Shown: one piece after another, positions 53,264-64,000 of the stretch
Layout: each line of letters starts with the position of its first letter
Numbering within the stretch: position 1 is the first letter of the stretch
Assembly (NCBI RefSeq): GCF_006345805.1
Contig: NC_043011.1
Coordinates: 16,876,464 to 16,940,463, forward strand
From: Octopus sinensis
Taxonomy: Eukaryota
Direction of reading: 5' to 3'
DNA length: 64,000 nt
Position numbers and translations under genes: made by a program
The notes under the pieces: model-generated
Seen by the model: the letters and a program-made list of their open reading frames with translations, nothing else
The model's database searches: none
Told to the model about the DNA's origin: nothing

Positions 53264-54131
53264 TATATATATACATATACGACGGGCTTCTTTCAGTTTC
53301 CTTCTACCAAATTCACTCACAAGGTTTTGGTCAGCCCAAGGCTATAGTAGAAGACACTTGTCCAATGTGCCACGCAGTGGGACTGAACCCAGAACCATGT
53401 GGTCCGTAAGCAAGATAATTACTACACAGCCCCTCCTGTGCCAAGATAGATATTATTATACCTAGTGGCATTATTATACATTTGCTATAACAAAGTATAT
53501 TAATAACATAACAATACATTAATAATACTGGGTAACATGTTTTGTTCATCTACATGTTTATGCTGCCCATATGTATTTTTGATACTAAACACTATTTTCA
53601 TTTCTGCAAAACATCAATATTTGGGGGAATTCTTTTTAGTTTCTATTTAGTTTTCACATAATGTAACATTCACCTAGAGCTATGTGCTGCTTTCATTTTT
53701 ATTGCTATGATGATAGAAAATAAATCAATTTCATGCTTAATTTACTGGGAATTTTTCAAATAAATGTATTTGACAAGTAAAATTATTGACAAACTTGAAA
53801 TTTTATCCTTAATTTGTTCAAAAATTTCCGACTAAATGTATTTAACACATTAAATGTTTGACAAAGTCAGAAAATATGGAACACAGTAAAAATTAAAAGT
53901 GTTTGAAGACCACATTTTTCTTTCATGCACTCTTCAGTTTTCCTTACCAGATACTGTATCTAGGCTACCACTATGGAAGTTTCCAAGTTGCCTTATTACC
54001 TTCCCTTTATGGTCACGACATCTTCATAAAACCTTCTGTCATGTTTCTTGCCATAAAGAAACTAAGTTATCATGGGGCAAAATAAAGATGTGAATGCAAG
54101 AAATACACTCTTAAAGACATGCAAAAGCCCA

Positions 54132-54502
54132 TACTCTTTTACTTGTTTCAGTCATTTGACTGCAGCCTTGCAGGAATACCACCTTTAGTCGAGCAAATCG
54201 ACCCCAGGACTTATTCCTTGTAAGCCTAGTACTTATTCTTTTGCCGAACCGCGAAGTTACAGGGACGTAAACACACCAGCATTGGTTGTCAAGAGATGTT
54301 GGGGGACAAACACAGACACAAAAACACACACATATATATACACATACATATATACGACGGGCTTCTTTCAGTTTCCATCTACCAAATCCACTCACAAGGC
54401 TTCGGTCGGCCCGAGGCTATAGTAGAAGACACTTGCCCAAGTTGACATGCAGTGGGTTTGAACCTGGAACCATGCGGTTGGTAAGCAAGCTACTCCAGCG
54501 CC
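54132..54502 (-). mobile_element. SINE family A (small deletion in head)
   Basis: Body and tail match; head GGCGCTGGAGT then AGCTTGCTTACC. Confidence 0.85.
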
Positions 54503-54505
54503 TAT

Positions 54506-54583
54506 AAAAAAATATGGAATGCTTCACGAATTTGTGTGTCATCCATGCGCAGGGGCCATTTTAATCTTCTCTGTATTGTTCCA
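54506..54583 (-). pseudogene. U6: 5'-truncated U6 snRNA pseudogene
   Basis: Minus strand TGGAACAATACAGAGAAGATTAAAATGGCCCCTGCGCATGGATGACACACAAATTCGTGAAGCATTCCATATTTTTTT matches the U6 3' ~75 nt (ACAGAGA box, internal stem-loop, U tail) with about 6 substitutions; first ~30 nt absent. Confidence 0.92.
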
Positions 54584-54824
54584 GCCTTGGCAGAGCTTCC
54601 TGTGGTTATAATATTTGTGAATCCCAACCAATCCATAAGCAACAATACAAAATACACATCGTTGTTCCTTTTGCACAAAATTATATCAATTCCTTTCAAC
54701 AATCAAAGCAGCATTTGTTACCCTTGAACATTTCTACATTATTCCCTAAAGAAGTGCCTAAACATTTTGGAAGTAAGATAAAGAAATTCTCTATTTATTT
54801 CCCAAATTATGTGTAATAAAGATA

Positions 54825-55190
54825 TCTCTCTATATATAAAAACGGCAAAATGTCTGTGTGTGTGTCCTTTATACAAATCCACAATTTTTCAGTTAGAGGG
54901 CTCGCACTTTCTATGGTCATTTAAAACCGTTCAAGGGTGGTCGTGCACATCTTTACATTTCCCCAGTCACCCTGCAAAGCCATTAAAAAATCAATAGAAG
55001 TGACTTTTTTGTGAATTTTCTGTCCAAAACCCAATCAAAATGCCCAAAACTTGATACGCCAATTGAATGCCAGCTAGCTGTATGGGATTGGCTGGAGATT
55101 TGGACAGTACTCGCGTGTATGTGTGTATGCACACAGCTGTATATGCATGCACTAGCACTATGACCCAGCATTGCCAGGTCATAGTGCTAG
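54825..55190 (+). mobile_element. Non-autonomous Helitron
   Basis: A|TCTCTCTATATATAAAA 5' end; 3' hairpin followed by CTAG|T; no TSD, A^T insertion site. Confidence 0.8.
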
Positions 55191-56371
55191 TTAATAATAA
55201 TCCTGATCTATGGTACTATAAACATCTCCCTAGATGATGTGAACATCATAGCATTTGATATACCAGATACTAGCTGCTAGATGTTAATATATCTATTTAA
55301 TATTTGAAACTTTTGGACAGGAATATTTCTAAAACTGTAAGAGACTTAGATCCAAAATGAGAATTTTGGGCTAGACATTCTTTTTCAAAAAGGAACATAG
55401 CTGAAAGAGAACTAATCTTTAAAAGTAATGAATGCTCAGAGATTAATTGACAAGTACATTCAATATAATTTCCACCTAAGAACTATATCACATTGCCTAT
55501 ATCACATACATTTGAATATATTCTTCCGAAACTGTTATTATTTGAAGAATCTTGCTTGTGTTCTCATCGGCTGTTCTTATATACCATCATCCATTCACAT
55601 TTCTATGCCTATAAGACAAATATCGGCAGTCCTATTCTGCCCGTGTACAGATTAATACTTAATAGGATTTCAGAAATAGAAATGGTTGTATAAATCTGAC
55701 AAAGAAATGTTTACAGTATATTTGCTATTAAGGTGGAAGACTATCATGTGAAGATGAGTGAGAGAAAACAGCTCTATAGCAGCAACAAATACCAAGAGAT
55801 TATTAAACAAGTGCATTCAATGTAATTCCTTCTTAAGAATCATATCACAATGTTGCTAACTGTCACACTGTATCCACCATAACCAACCTTGAGAGAATTA
55901 TTTCTTATCAGAGTTGTATATCTAGAGTGCACTTGAGTTTTAGATCCATTGCATTTGCAAGCATAAGACTGCTTAAATTAAGCAGATTATATCTACTGAA
56001 TAATAAATATAAACTCGCATTATGTTCAATATCTGGTTACTCCAAAATTAGATCTATTCCATCTAAGTTTATGGTCTCTTAAATAGTGGAAACAATTATA
56101 TGCAATTTGGAAAGTCACCTTTAGAAAGTGACATTCTATTCTCTGTATAAAGTAAAAATCGTCATTATTTTAGAAATTGCTTTCTCCTTGCTTGTATGGA
56201 TTGGTTGAGACTCCTTGAAGTAATGTTCTATGGTTGGCTTCCTCTCATAATAACATTCCTTATTGCTGACTGTTGCAACTGAAAAGCTGAAGTAACTCCA
56301 GGCCATATATGAGTATCACCATTGACCAAACAGTGTTAATCAAGCAACATCAATGAAAAGACACACACACA

Positions 56372-56445
<74 letters not shown>

Positions 56446-56529
56446 ACACACACAAGCACACACATGTAGGAATACACACACACATATATGTATGTATGTG
56501 AATAGCTGTCTGCCTGACATCATCAAGGT

Positions 56530-56790
56530 CCCTTAACTGATGCGGCCAGTTATTGGGGGTGCTACTCTTGATGCTTTTGCAGTCAGCCATCCCCACGCAT
56601 CTCTGTTCTCTGTCATGTAGAGTAGGGTTGGGTATTATGACCTCTCCAGTCCTTGATGTCGTCAGACCAAGATTTTTGCTGTTGTATTCTCTTTCACCCT
56701 ACCTCAACTGTGCCCTGAATGATGGTTTTGGACGGGGCCTTTTAGTGGTGTATGTAACTGTAACAAGCAAGCTTTCATCTTTTTAACTCT
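56530..56790 (-). mobile_element. RTE-clade LINE 3' fragment
   Basis: Minus strand SKTIIQGTVEV..KRIQQQKSWSDDIKDW resembles RTE ..TILQG.VEG.RRRGRQ.K.W.D.IKEW. Confidence 0.65.
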
Positions 56791-57975
56791 AGTCTGATAT
56801 TTGGCATGATTACTGTGGCTGGATGTCCCTCCTAACACCACCCATTTGACAGTGACTGGGTACTTTTTTTTGTGCAACTGGTGTTAGTGAGGTTGTCATA
56901 TAAACTTGAAAGCCAAAAAATATATATATATATAAATAAATAAACAAGAGAAGAGCAAAAAGCCCCCATTACTAAGAGAGGATTATTTGAATGGGAAAGG
57001 TGGAGGTGGGTGGATTTATGTCAAGCATTGTAAGGCTAAAGTATGGTATCAGTAGATAAATCTGGCCATTGTAGAATCAGAACTGTTCCAAGAGAATATC
57101 ATCCTATATCACAACCATTATGAACATTCCTCAACAGATCTTTTATTGACCTTTAGTAATCTAAATTCTTGTCACATTCATTTCCACCCTCAAGTTTTGT
57201 CAATGTTTAAATATATAAATGTCATAATCTGACCTGGTACCAGATGTTTGCTTATTTATACCTTTATTCTATTATATATACACCAGCTCAATTGAAATAC
57301 TGCCTTAGCCAATCTTTACTGGATATATAACTATATATATTCATGCATGCATGCAGCCATACATCCATTCATTCATTCTTTCATTCATATCTATTCTTGG
57401 TTCTATTTCTTCAATTTCTTACCATCAGAGAAAGGAATCTATTTCTAACCTACAAAGAAAATGTAAAGAACTGAAGATGCAACAAAATCCATATCCTCCA
57501 CAAATTTTTCATTATAAAGTTAATTCCCACCTTTTTTAAAACAACAATTGGCCTTCTCAATTCATTAAACCCATCAACACAGAATAACCAATCTGAAAGA
57601 AACTGATTTTATTCAGTTTTGAATTTATTCAACAAATTCCCCTCTCAGATTTACACACTTATTGCAGTGGTCCTTCAGTATTTTTTGAGCCCTGTTAAAG
57701 AACCCAGAACAATGTTGCTGGGAATCAAACTTCTTACCACACATTGACACACAGTTGTTGCACCCAAGTCAGCCCTGATTAAACTGACTTAAAATCAGAG
57801 GTATTCCAGCTGTGACCATCGCATATTTTCACTATATGTGTCTAAGACAACATTACGAAATGTGTGTTTGCATATTCTTTGACTAGATTTCCAAGATATT
57901 CTCCATATTTTTCAATTTTCTATTTTTCATTTATTTATTTAGTGTGATTTGAGAGTGAAATTTGACTGCTAATTC

Positions 57976-58608
57976 TTATTTCTTTATTTCCCACAAGGGG
58001 CTAAACATAGAGGGGACAAACAAGGACAGACAAAGGAATTAAGGTAGTTACATCAACCCCAGTGCATAACTGGTACTTAATTTATCGACCACGAAAAGAT
58101 GAGAAGCAAAGTCGACCTCGGCAGAATTTGAACTCAGAACGTAAAGACAGACGAAATACCACTAAGCATTTTACCTGACGTGCTAACGTTTCTTATTTCT
58201 TTACTGCCCACAAGAGGCTACACACAGACAGAACAAACAAGGACAGACAAGCGGATTAAGTCGATTATATCGACCCCAGTGCATAACTGGTACTTAATTT
58301 ATCAACCCCAAAAGGATGAAAGGCAAAATCAACCTCAGTGGAATTTGAACTCAGAATGTAGCAGCAGACGAAATACCTATTTCTTTACTACCCACAAGGG
58401 GCTAAATGCAGAAGGGACAGACAAGGACAGACAAATGGATTAAGTCGATTACATCGACCTCAATGCATAACTGGTACTCATTTAATCATCCCTGAAAGGA
58501 TGAAAGGAAAAGTCGACCTTGGCGGAATTTGAACTTTGAACGTAGCGGCAGACGAAATACTGCTAAGCATTTCACCCAGCGTGCTAACGTTTCTGCCAGC
58601 TTGCTGCC
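57976..58608 (-). mobile_element. SINE family B, three-unit multimer inserted as one event
   Basis: TSD TTTGACTGCTAATTC at 57961-57975 and 58609-58623 encloses three bodies. Confidence 0.85.
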
Positions 58609-59625
58609 TTTGACTGCTAATTCTAGTAGGTTAAGCAGTGGTACAGAGGTTCCTTTATTAGCATAGTTTGTCAACACTGGAGGGAGACGAAGAAACTCAG
58701 TTTTGAAATAAAAACATCAAAAAGGACAAAACTCTCAAATGCTTGCTGTAATACATTGCCAAATTAGATTAACACAGTTTCAGTGGTATTAAATATATTA
58801 GTTTTACAACAATTTAGAATTTTAAGTGAATGTATTCTGCCAGCAGTTAAAAAGCTGATATAGAAATAACAAAAAAAAAACAAAAAAATCATTAGCTTAC
58901 AATTGTTTGCATGCATGTTTGTATGAGCACACACATGTGTAAATATGCATACCTGAATGTGTGTGTGTGTGTTTATGTGTGTTTGTGTGTGTGTGTGTGT
59001 GCATGAGTGTGTGCACGTGTGAACTAATTTATATGATTTAATTCATTTCCATAATAATAATCATAAAAGTGCATGTCCACACAACTGGATGCAGAAGTAG
59101 TGTTGGAAACATTCTTTCAAATATAAAAACAACCATCACTTCAAAAAAAAATATTCTGTAGCGGTAAAAAGTAACAATTCCTTTGTGATTTTTACATTTC
59201 ATTTGAACTTGCAAGTCAGTCAACAGCTATTCGCCACAGGAAAATGTGTTTTGTTTTTTTTATATTTATTTGTTTATTATTTATTTATTTATTTATTATT
59301 CATTTTTAACTAGACATGTCCTATTTTTCTGAAGAAAATTTCTACTTGGAGAAAATCTGCATTAAAAATATGTTGCAATGACATTAGAAATCAGGCTTAT
59401 TTTGATCAGCAGAGAGGAAAAGTAGCTACTGCATTTACGATATACTTCTTTATTTTTTCATCTGTTTTTTGTTGGGGGTTTTTTTTTCAGTAGAGATAGA
59501 ACAAGGAACTACTTGTGAGAGAACTGTTGCTTGTTAGTATCTCTTTGAGAAACTGTTTCATCTTGATTTCGAGTATTTTCTCTGTGAGCTAGAAAAAAAA
59601 TATGAATTATTTTTTTTATATATAT

Positions 59626-60042
59626 ACTCTCTTTCTCTTTTACTCTTTTACTTGTTTCAGTCATTTGACTGCGGCCATGCTGGAGCACCGCCTTTTAGTC
59701 GAGCAAATCAACCCCAGGACTTATTCTTTGTAAGCTTAGTACTTATTCTATCGGTCTCTTTTGCCGAACCGCTAGGTAACAGGGATGTAAACATACCAGC
59801 ATCGGTTGTCAAGCGATGTTGGGGGGACAAACACAGACACACAAACATATACACACATATACATATACATATATATATACGACAGGCTTCTTTCAGTTTC
59901 CGTCTACCAAATCCACACACAAGGCTTTGGTCGGCCCGAGGCCATAGTAGAAGACACTTTCCCAAGGTGCTGCACAGTGGAACTGAACCCGGAACCGTGT
60001 GGTTGGTAAGCAAGCTACTTACCACACAGCCACTCCTGCGCC
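59626..60042 (-). mobile_element. SINE family A, full length
   Basis: Head GGCGCAGGAGTGG directly abuts the TA of the mariner end. Confidence 0.9.
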
Positions 60043-60044
60043 TA

Positions 60045-61740
60045 CCAGGATTGGCTGAAAAATTCTTAGGCTGATAAAGATATTTTCATGGAAGTTTATT
60101 TTTTCAGTATAGTGCTGCACCTTGAGGTTCACACACTCCTTCCATTCATATATTGCAATGCTCGGACCCCATTAATGAAGAACCTTTCATCCTTTTGGTA
60201 AAAAAAGTCATCAGCAGCAGTTATGATGTCATCCTCACTGTGACACCGGTTCTCAGCCAAGTGTTTCTTCAAGTTGGGGAACAGATGATAATCAGATGGG
60301 GCCAGATTAAGAGAATAAGTGGGTGTGGGGTAGGGGTTGATCAACCAGTTCAAAGCCACAATCATGCACAACAGTCATTGAAATCAAGGACTTGTGTGCT
60401 GGAGCAGTGTCCTAATGAAACAAGATACCTATTTCTTTACTACCCACAAGGGGCTAAACACAGAGAGGACAAACAAGGACAGACAAATGGATTAAGTCGA
60501 TTATATCGACCCCAGTGCGTAACTGGTACCTATTTAATCGACCCCAAAAGGATGAAAGGCAAAGTCGACCTTGGCGGAATTTGAACTCAGAATGTAGCGG
60601 CAGACGAAATACCTATTTCTTTACTACCTACAAGGGGCTAAATACAGACGGGACAAACAAGGACAGACATAGGTATTAAGTCGATTATATCGACACCAGT
60701 GCGTAACTGGTACTTATTTAATCGACCCCGAAAGGATGAATGGCAAAGTCGACCTTGCTGGGTTTTGAACTCAGAACGCAGCGGCAGACGAAATACTGCT
60801 ACGCATTTCGCCCGGTGTGCTAGCGTGTCTGCCAGCTCACCGCCTTTTAATGAAACAAGATACCTTTCATCAGTTTTCCTCGGTATTTGGTCTTGATAGA
60901 CTTTCATAACTGCCGCTGCTAGTTGGTACAATACACTCCATTGCTGGTGTGGTCCTTTTGAAGATAGTCAATAAATACAATATCTTTTCCATCCTCAGAA
61001 ACTGAGGCCATCACCTTTCCTGCAGGTGGAACGACCTTGGCCTTCTTTGGAGCAGGTGAGGATGGGTGTTTTCACCACATGAATTGTCTCTAAGCCAACA
61101 CCCATCCTGGGTTAGGAAATGTACAAGGAAATGAGCTGGATCTACCCCAAACAATGACAAATTTTCTCATAATGGGATCAGCCTGGTACACTTTTGATCA
61201 GGTGTCAATAGATATGACACTCACTGAACAGAAACCTGAACAGAACATCATGCCACCTTCGTTGTGCAGAATATTCTCAACACTTTCACGGGATATGCTA
61301 ATAACTATTCGATTTATCATCAATTGCCTGTAGTGAATATGATCAATGTTTTCCTCAGTGGTGGCAGTTTCAGGACATCCAGATCTTGAGTCATCTTCAA
61401 GACTCTTAACCCCGCCTCCTGAATACAGCTGCCCACTTTTGCACTGTTGTTGAAGCTGGAGTGACATCCAATATTGTAGCAACCATATCAGCACGAATGT
61501 TGTTTGTATTATATTTTTCAGCAGGTTTTTGATAACACCACCATGCCAAATTTTGTCCATTTTCAAGCGAAGTTGCTACTGGTTAGATCTGAAGTCTTCT
61601 TTAAACAGTCAGATGTCAGTTTACCTATAAAGGAACAATGTATTTATTAATAATAAGGGCTGAAATTAATGCATGCAAGGTTTTGCAGCTCTAGTATCTC
61701 TCCTCCATAGTCAGCCTATGAACTTTTCAGCCCACCCTCA
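60045..61740 (-). mobile_element. Full-length defunct mariner (DD34D-type) transposon, interrupted by SINE B
   Basis: Imperfect TIRs CCAGGATTGGCTGAAAAATTCTTAGGCTGA / TCAGCCTATGAACTTTTCAGCCCACCCTCA, each flanked by TA. Frameshifted transposase pieces: MDKIWHGGVIK..., SLEDDSRSGCPETATTEENID, KKAKVVPPAGKVMASV, DTAPAHKS, YSLNLAPSDYHLFPNLKKHL. About 1.26 kb after removing the insert. Confidence 0.92.
60431..60847 (-). mobile_element. SINE family B dimer nested in the mariner transposase
   Basis: 18-bp TSD TAATGAAACAAGATACCT at 60413-60430 and 60848-60865. Confidence 0.92.
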
Positions 61741-61746
61741 TATATA

Positions 61747-62163
61747 GGCAGGAGCTGGCAGAAACGTTAGCACACCGGGTGAAATGCGTAGCTGTATTTC
61801 GTCTGTCTTTACGTTATGAGTTCAAATTCCACCGAGGTCGACTTTGCCTTTCATCCTTTCAGGGTCGATAAATTAAGTACCAGTTACGCACTGGGGTCAA
61901 TGTAATCGACTTGATCTGTTTGTCTGTCCTTGTTTGTCCCCTCTGTGTTTAGCCCCTTGTGGGTAGTAAAGAAATAGGTATTTCGTCTGCCGCTACGTTC
62001 TGAGTTCAAATTCTGCCGAGGTCAACTTTGCTTTCATCCTTTCGGGGTCGAGAAATTAAGTATCAGTTACGCACTGGGGTCGATGTAATCGACTTGATCC
62101 TTTTGTCTGTCCTTGTTTGTCCCCTCTGTGTTTAGCCCCTTGTGGGTAGTAAAGAAATAGGTA
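61747..62163 (+). mobile_element. SINE family B, tandem dimer
   Basis: Head GGCAGGAGCTGGCAGAAACGTTAGC followed by two bodies. Confidence 0.88.
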
Positions 62164-62446
62164 AGCTATTGAGGTAAAGTCTTGTTTTTCTATTAAGCAA
62201 ATAAGGATATAAGGAAAGTAATCCTAATAGTAGTCTCACTTGAGCAGGACTTATCAATAAAAGATTTCCAGACATCCACGGCCATTGTGTCCTTTTTTAT
62301 ATCCATCAATACTTTGTCCAAGATGTTTTGTTTTATTTTCTAATAAGAGAGAGTGAGTTCTGGAGGAGATTTGCCTTTTTATAAACAATCATATTGAAGC
62401 ATCTTCATTGATTTACATAAAGGCAATTTCCAGAATGAGAACATAT

Positions 62447-62752
62447 TGTTGTTTGTTCCTTCTCGAGCCATGCCTTGCTCATAACGGCCGGTTTCCTGGT
62501 TTCTTGGCGTATAGGTTCCCCACCTGGATGGGACGCCGGTCCATCGCAGGTGAGCTGCAAGATGCAGGAGGAAAGAGTGAGAGAAAGTTGTGGCGAAAGA
62601 GTCAGCAGAAGTTACGCCATTATCTTCTGCCGGAGCCACGTGGAGCTTAGGTGTTTCTTTCATAAACACACACATCGCCCGGTCTGAGATTCGAACCCAC
62701 AATCCCTCAACTGCAAGTCCGCTGCTCTAACCACTAGGCCATGTGCTTCCAC
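62447..62752 (-). mobile_element. SINE family D
   Basis: Flanked by direct repeat AATGAGAACATAT. Confidence 0.9.
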
Positions 62753-62789
62753 ACAATGAGAACATATAATCTCTAAGAATTCTTAAATA

Positions 62790-63150
62790 AAGAAGGACAC
62801 ATTTTGACAGTAATGTCATTTGATAAAGTGAGTAAATAAGAGATCAGAGAGGTACTCCATGTAGAGCTGTTGCTTCTCCAAATTGAGAAACCACAGCTCC
62901 ATTACTATGGACATGTGGTAAGGAGGTCTCAGGAAAGAACTACTGGACAGATTTTACAGTCAAAAACCAACTAGCAGGAGACCCAAGTGTAGACCACAAT
63001 CAAGATGGCTGGATGGCATCTATGGGATTGGTTAGTCTTACTTGAGGATCTAGCCAAATTAATTGAAGATATTTGCATTTGACAGGATCCAATGGAAGGT
63101 GGGCTAGAAAACTCTGCCCCTCCGATTATCTTCAGAATAAATGGACAAAA
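62790..63150 (+). mobile_element. RTE-clade LINE 3' fragment
   Basis: FDKVSK*EIREVLHVELLLLQIEKPQLHYYGHVVRRSQER...RRP..RPQSRWLD matches the RTE C-terminal QLRW.GHV.RM and RPRGRP..RW motifs. Confidence 0.8.
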
Positions 63151-63381
63151 AGGATGCGATTAGATGAGACATTTGACAGCAGAGTCCCTGATGCTGGATC
63201 AAAGATCATTAGGAGTTAAACAACAGCTTATTCAGCATTTCTTTATCCGATGTTAACTTTAGTCTTTAATCTTTTATTTGTTTCAGTCATTAAACAGTCA
63301 TTTTACAAATCTTAACATTAAACGGTTATTGCAATTATTAGTATTTTGAATAAACTAGCTGGATTGACAGAGTCAGGAGAG

Positions 63382-63415
<34 letters not shown>

Positions 63416-63790
63416 GTTTAACGTCCGCTTTCCATGCTAGCATGGGTTGGACGATTTTGACTGAGAGCTGGCAAACTAGATGGCTGCACCAGCCTCCAAT
63501 CTTGATCTGGCAAGGTTTCTACAGCTGGATGCCCTTCCTAATGCCAACCACTCCGAGAGTGTAGTGGGTGCTTTTTACGTGCCACCAGCATGGGGATCAG
63601 TCAGGTGGTACTGGCAATGACTTCGTTCGAATCTTTTTACACATGTCACCGGCACAGGTGCCAGTGAAGTGACATTGGTAACAATCACGCTTGAATGGTG
63701 CCCTTTCATGTGCCACGGGTACGAAAGCCAGTTGGCTGCTCTGGCAACGATCACGCTCAGATTGGCACCCTACTAGCACATGCACAAGTG
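63382..63790 (-). mobile_element. SINE family E
   Basis: (CAT)n followed by the conserved body. Confidence 0.85.
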
Positions 63791-64000
63791 CCAAAGAAAA
63801 TTTTTTCAATGACATTTAGTTACATTCTTTTAAAGTCTGTATTCAATTCTTGCCAAGTTCAACTTTGTCTTTCATTTGTCAGGAGTTGGTAAAATAAGAA
63901 TCAATTTGTTACTGGTGGAAAGTGGGTGGTTTTATTATAACTTATCCATCAAATATAAAACCTTGCTCTTTCTTTAGAAATCAATATTTTACTGAAATGG

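Larger units (their letters stand above)
52334..53441 (-). mobile_element. SINE family A split by nested insertions in its central (TA)n
   Basis: 3' half at 52334-52505 and 5' half at ~53275-53441, with SINE F and a hairpin element between. Confidence 0.8.

Overview
AT-rich, repeat-dense eukaryotic DNA. The SINE and microsatellite repertoire looks like an octopus (cephalopod) genome; this is an inference from recalled repeat families, not a database result. I found no convincing host protein-coding gene, so the window is probably intergenic or a very large intron. The dominant feature is a ~13.2 kb satellite (~8010-21245) of alternating 25-26 bp monomers sharing CACATAAAAAGCA. It has decayed edges, internal variant domains and higher-order blocks, and it is bracketed by 165-bp inverted repeats (7751-7915 / 21423-21587, 13 mismatches) that contain degenerate copies of the monomer. 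The giant minus-strand ORFs (up to 2413 aa) are by-products of this array. The rest holds many tRNA-derived SINEs (working labels A-F), two mariner relics, and CR1, RTE, Penelope-like and RLE-type LINE fragments. There are also a Helitron, TTAA, Tigger-like and 8-bp-TSD MITEs, a 5'-truncated U6 snRNA copy abutting a SINE, a degenerate Penelope-type hammerhead ribozyme and two long DNA hairpins. All alignments and counts were done by eye.
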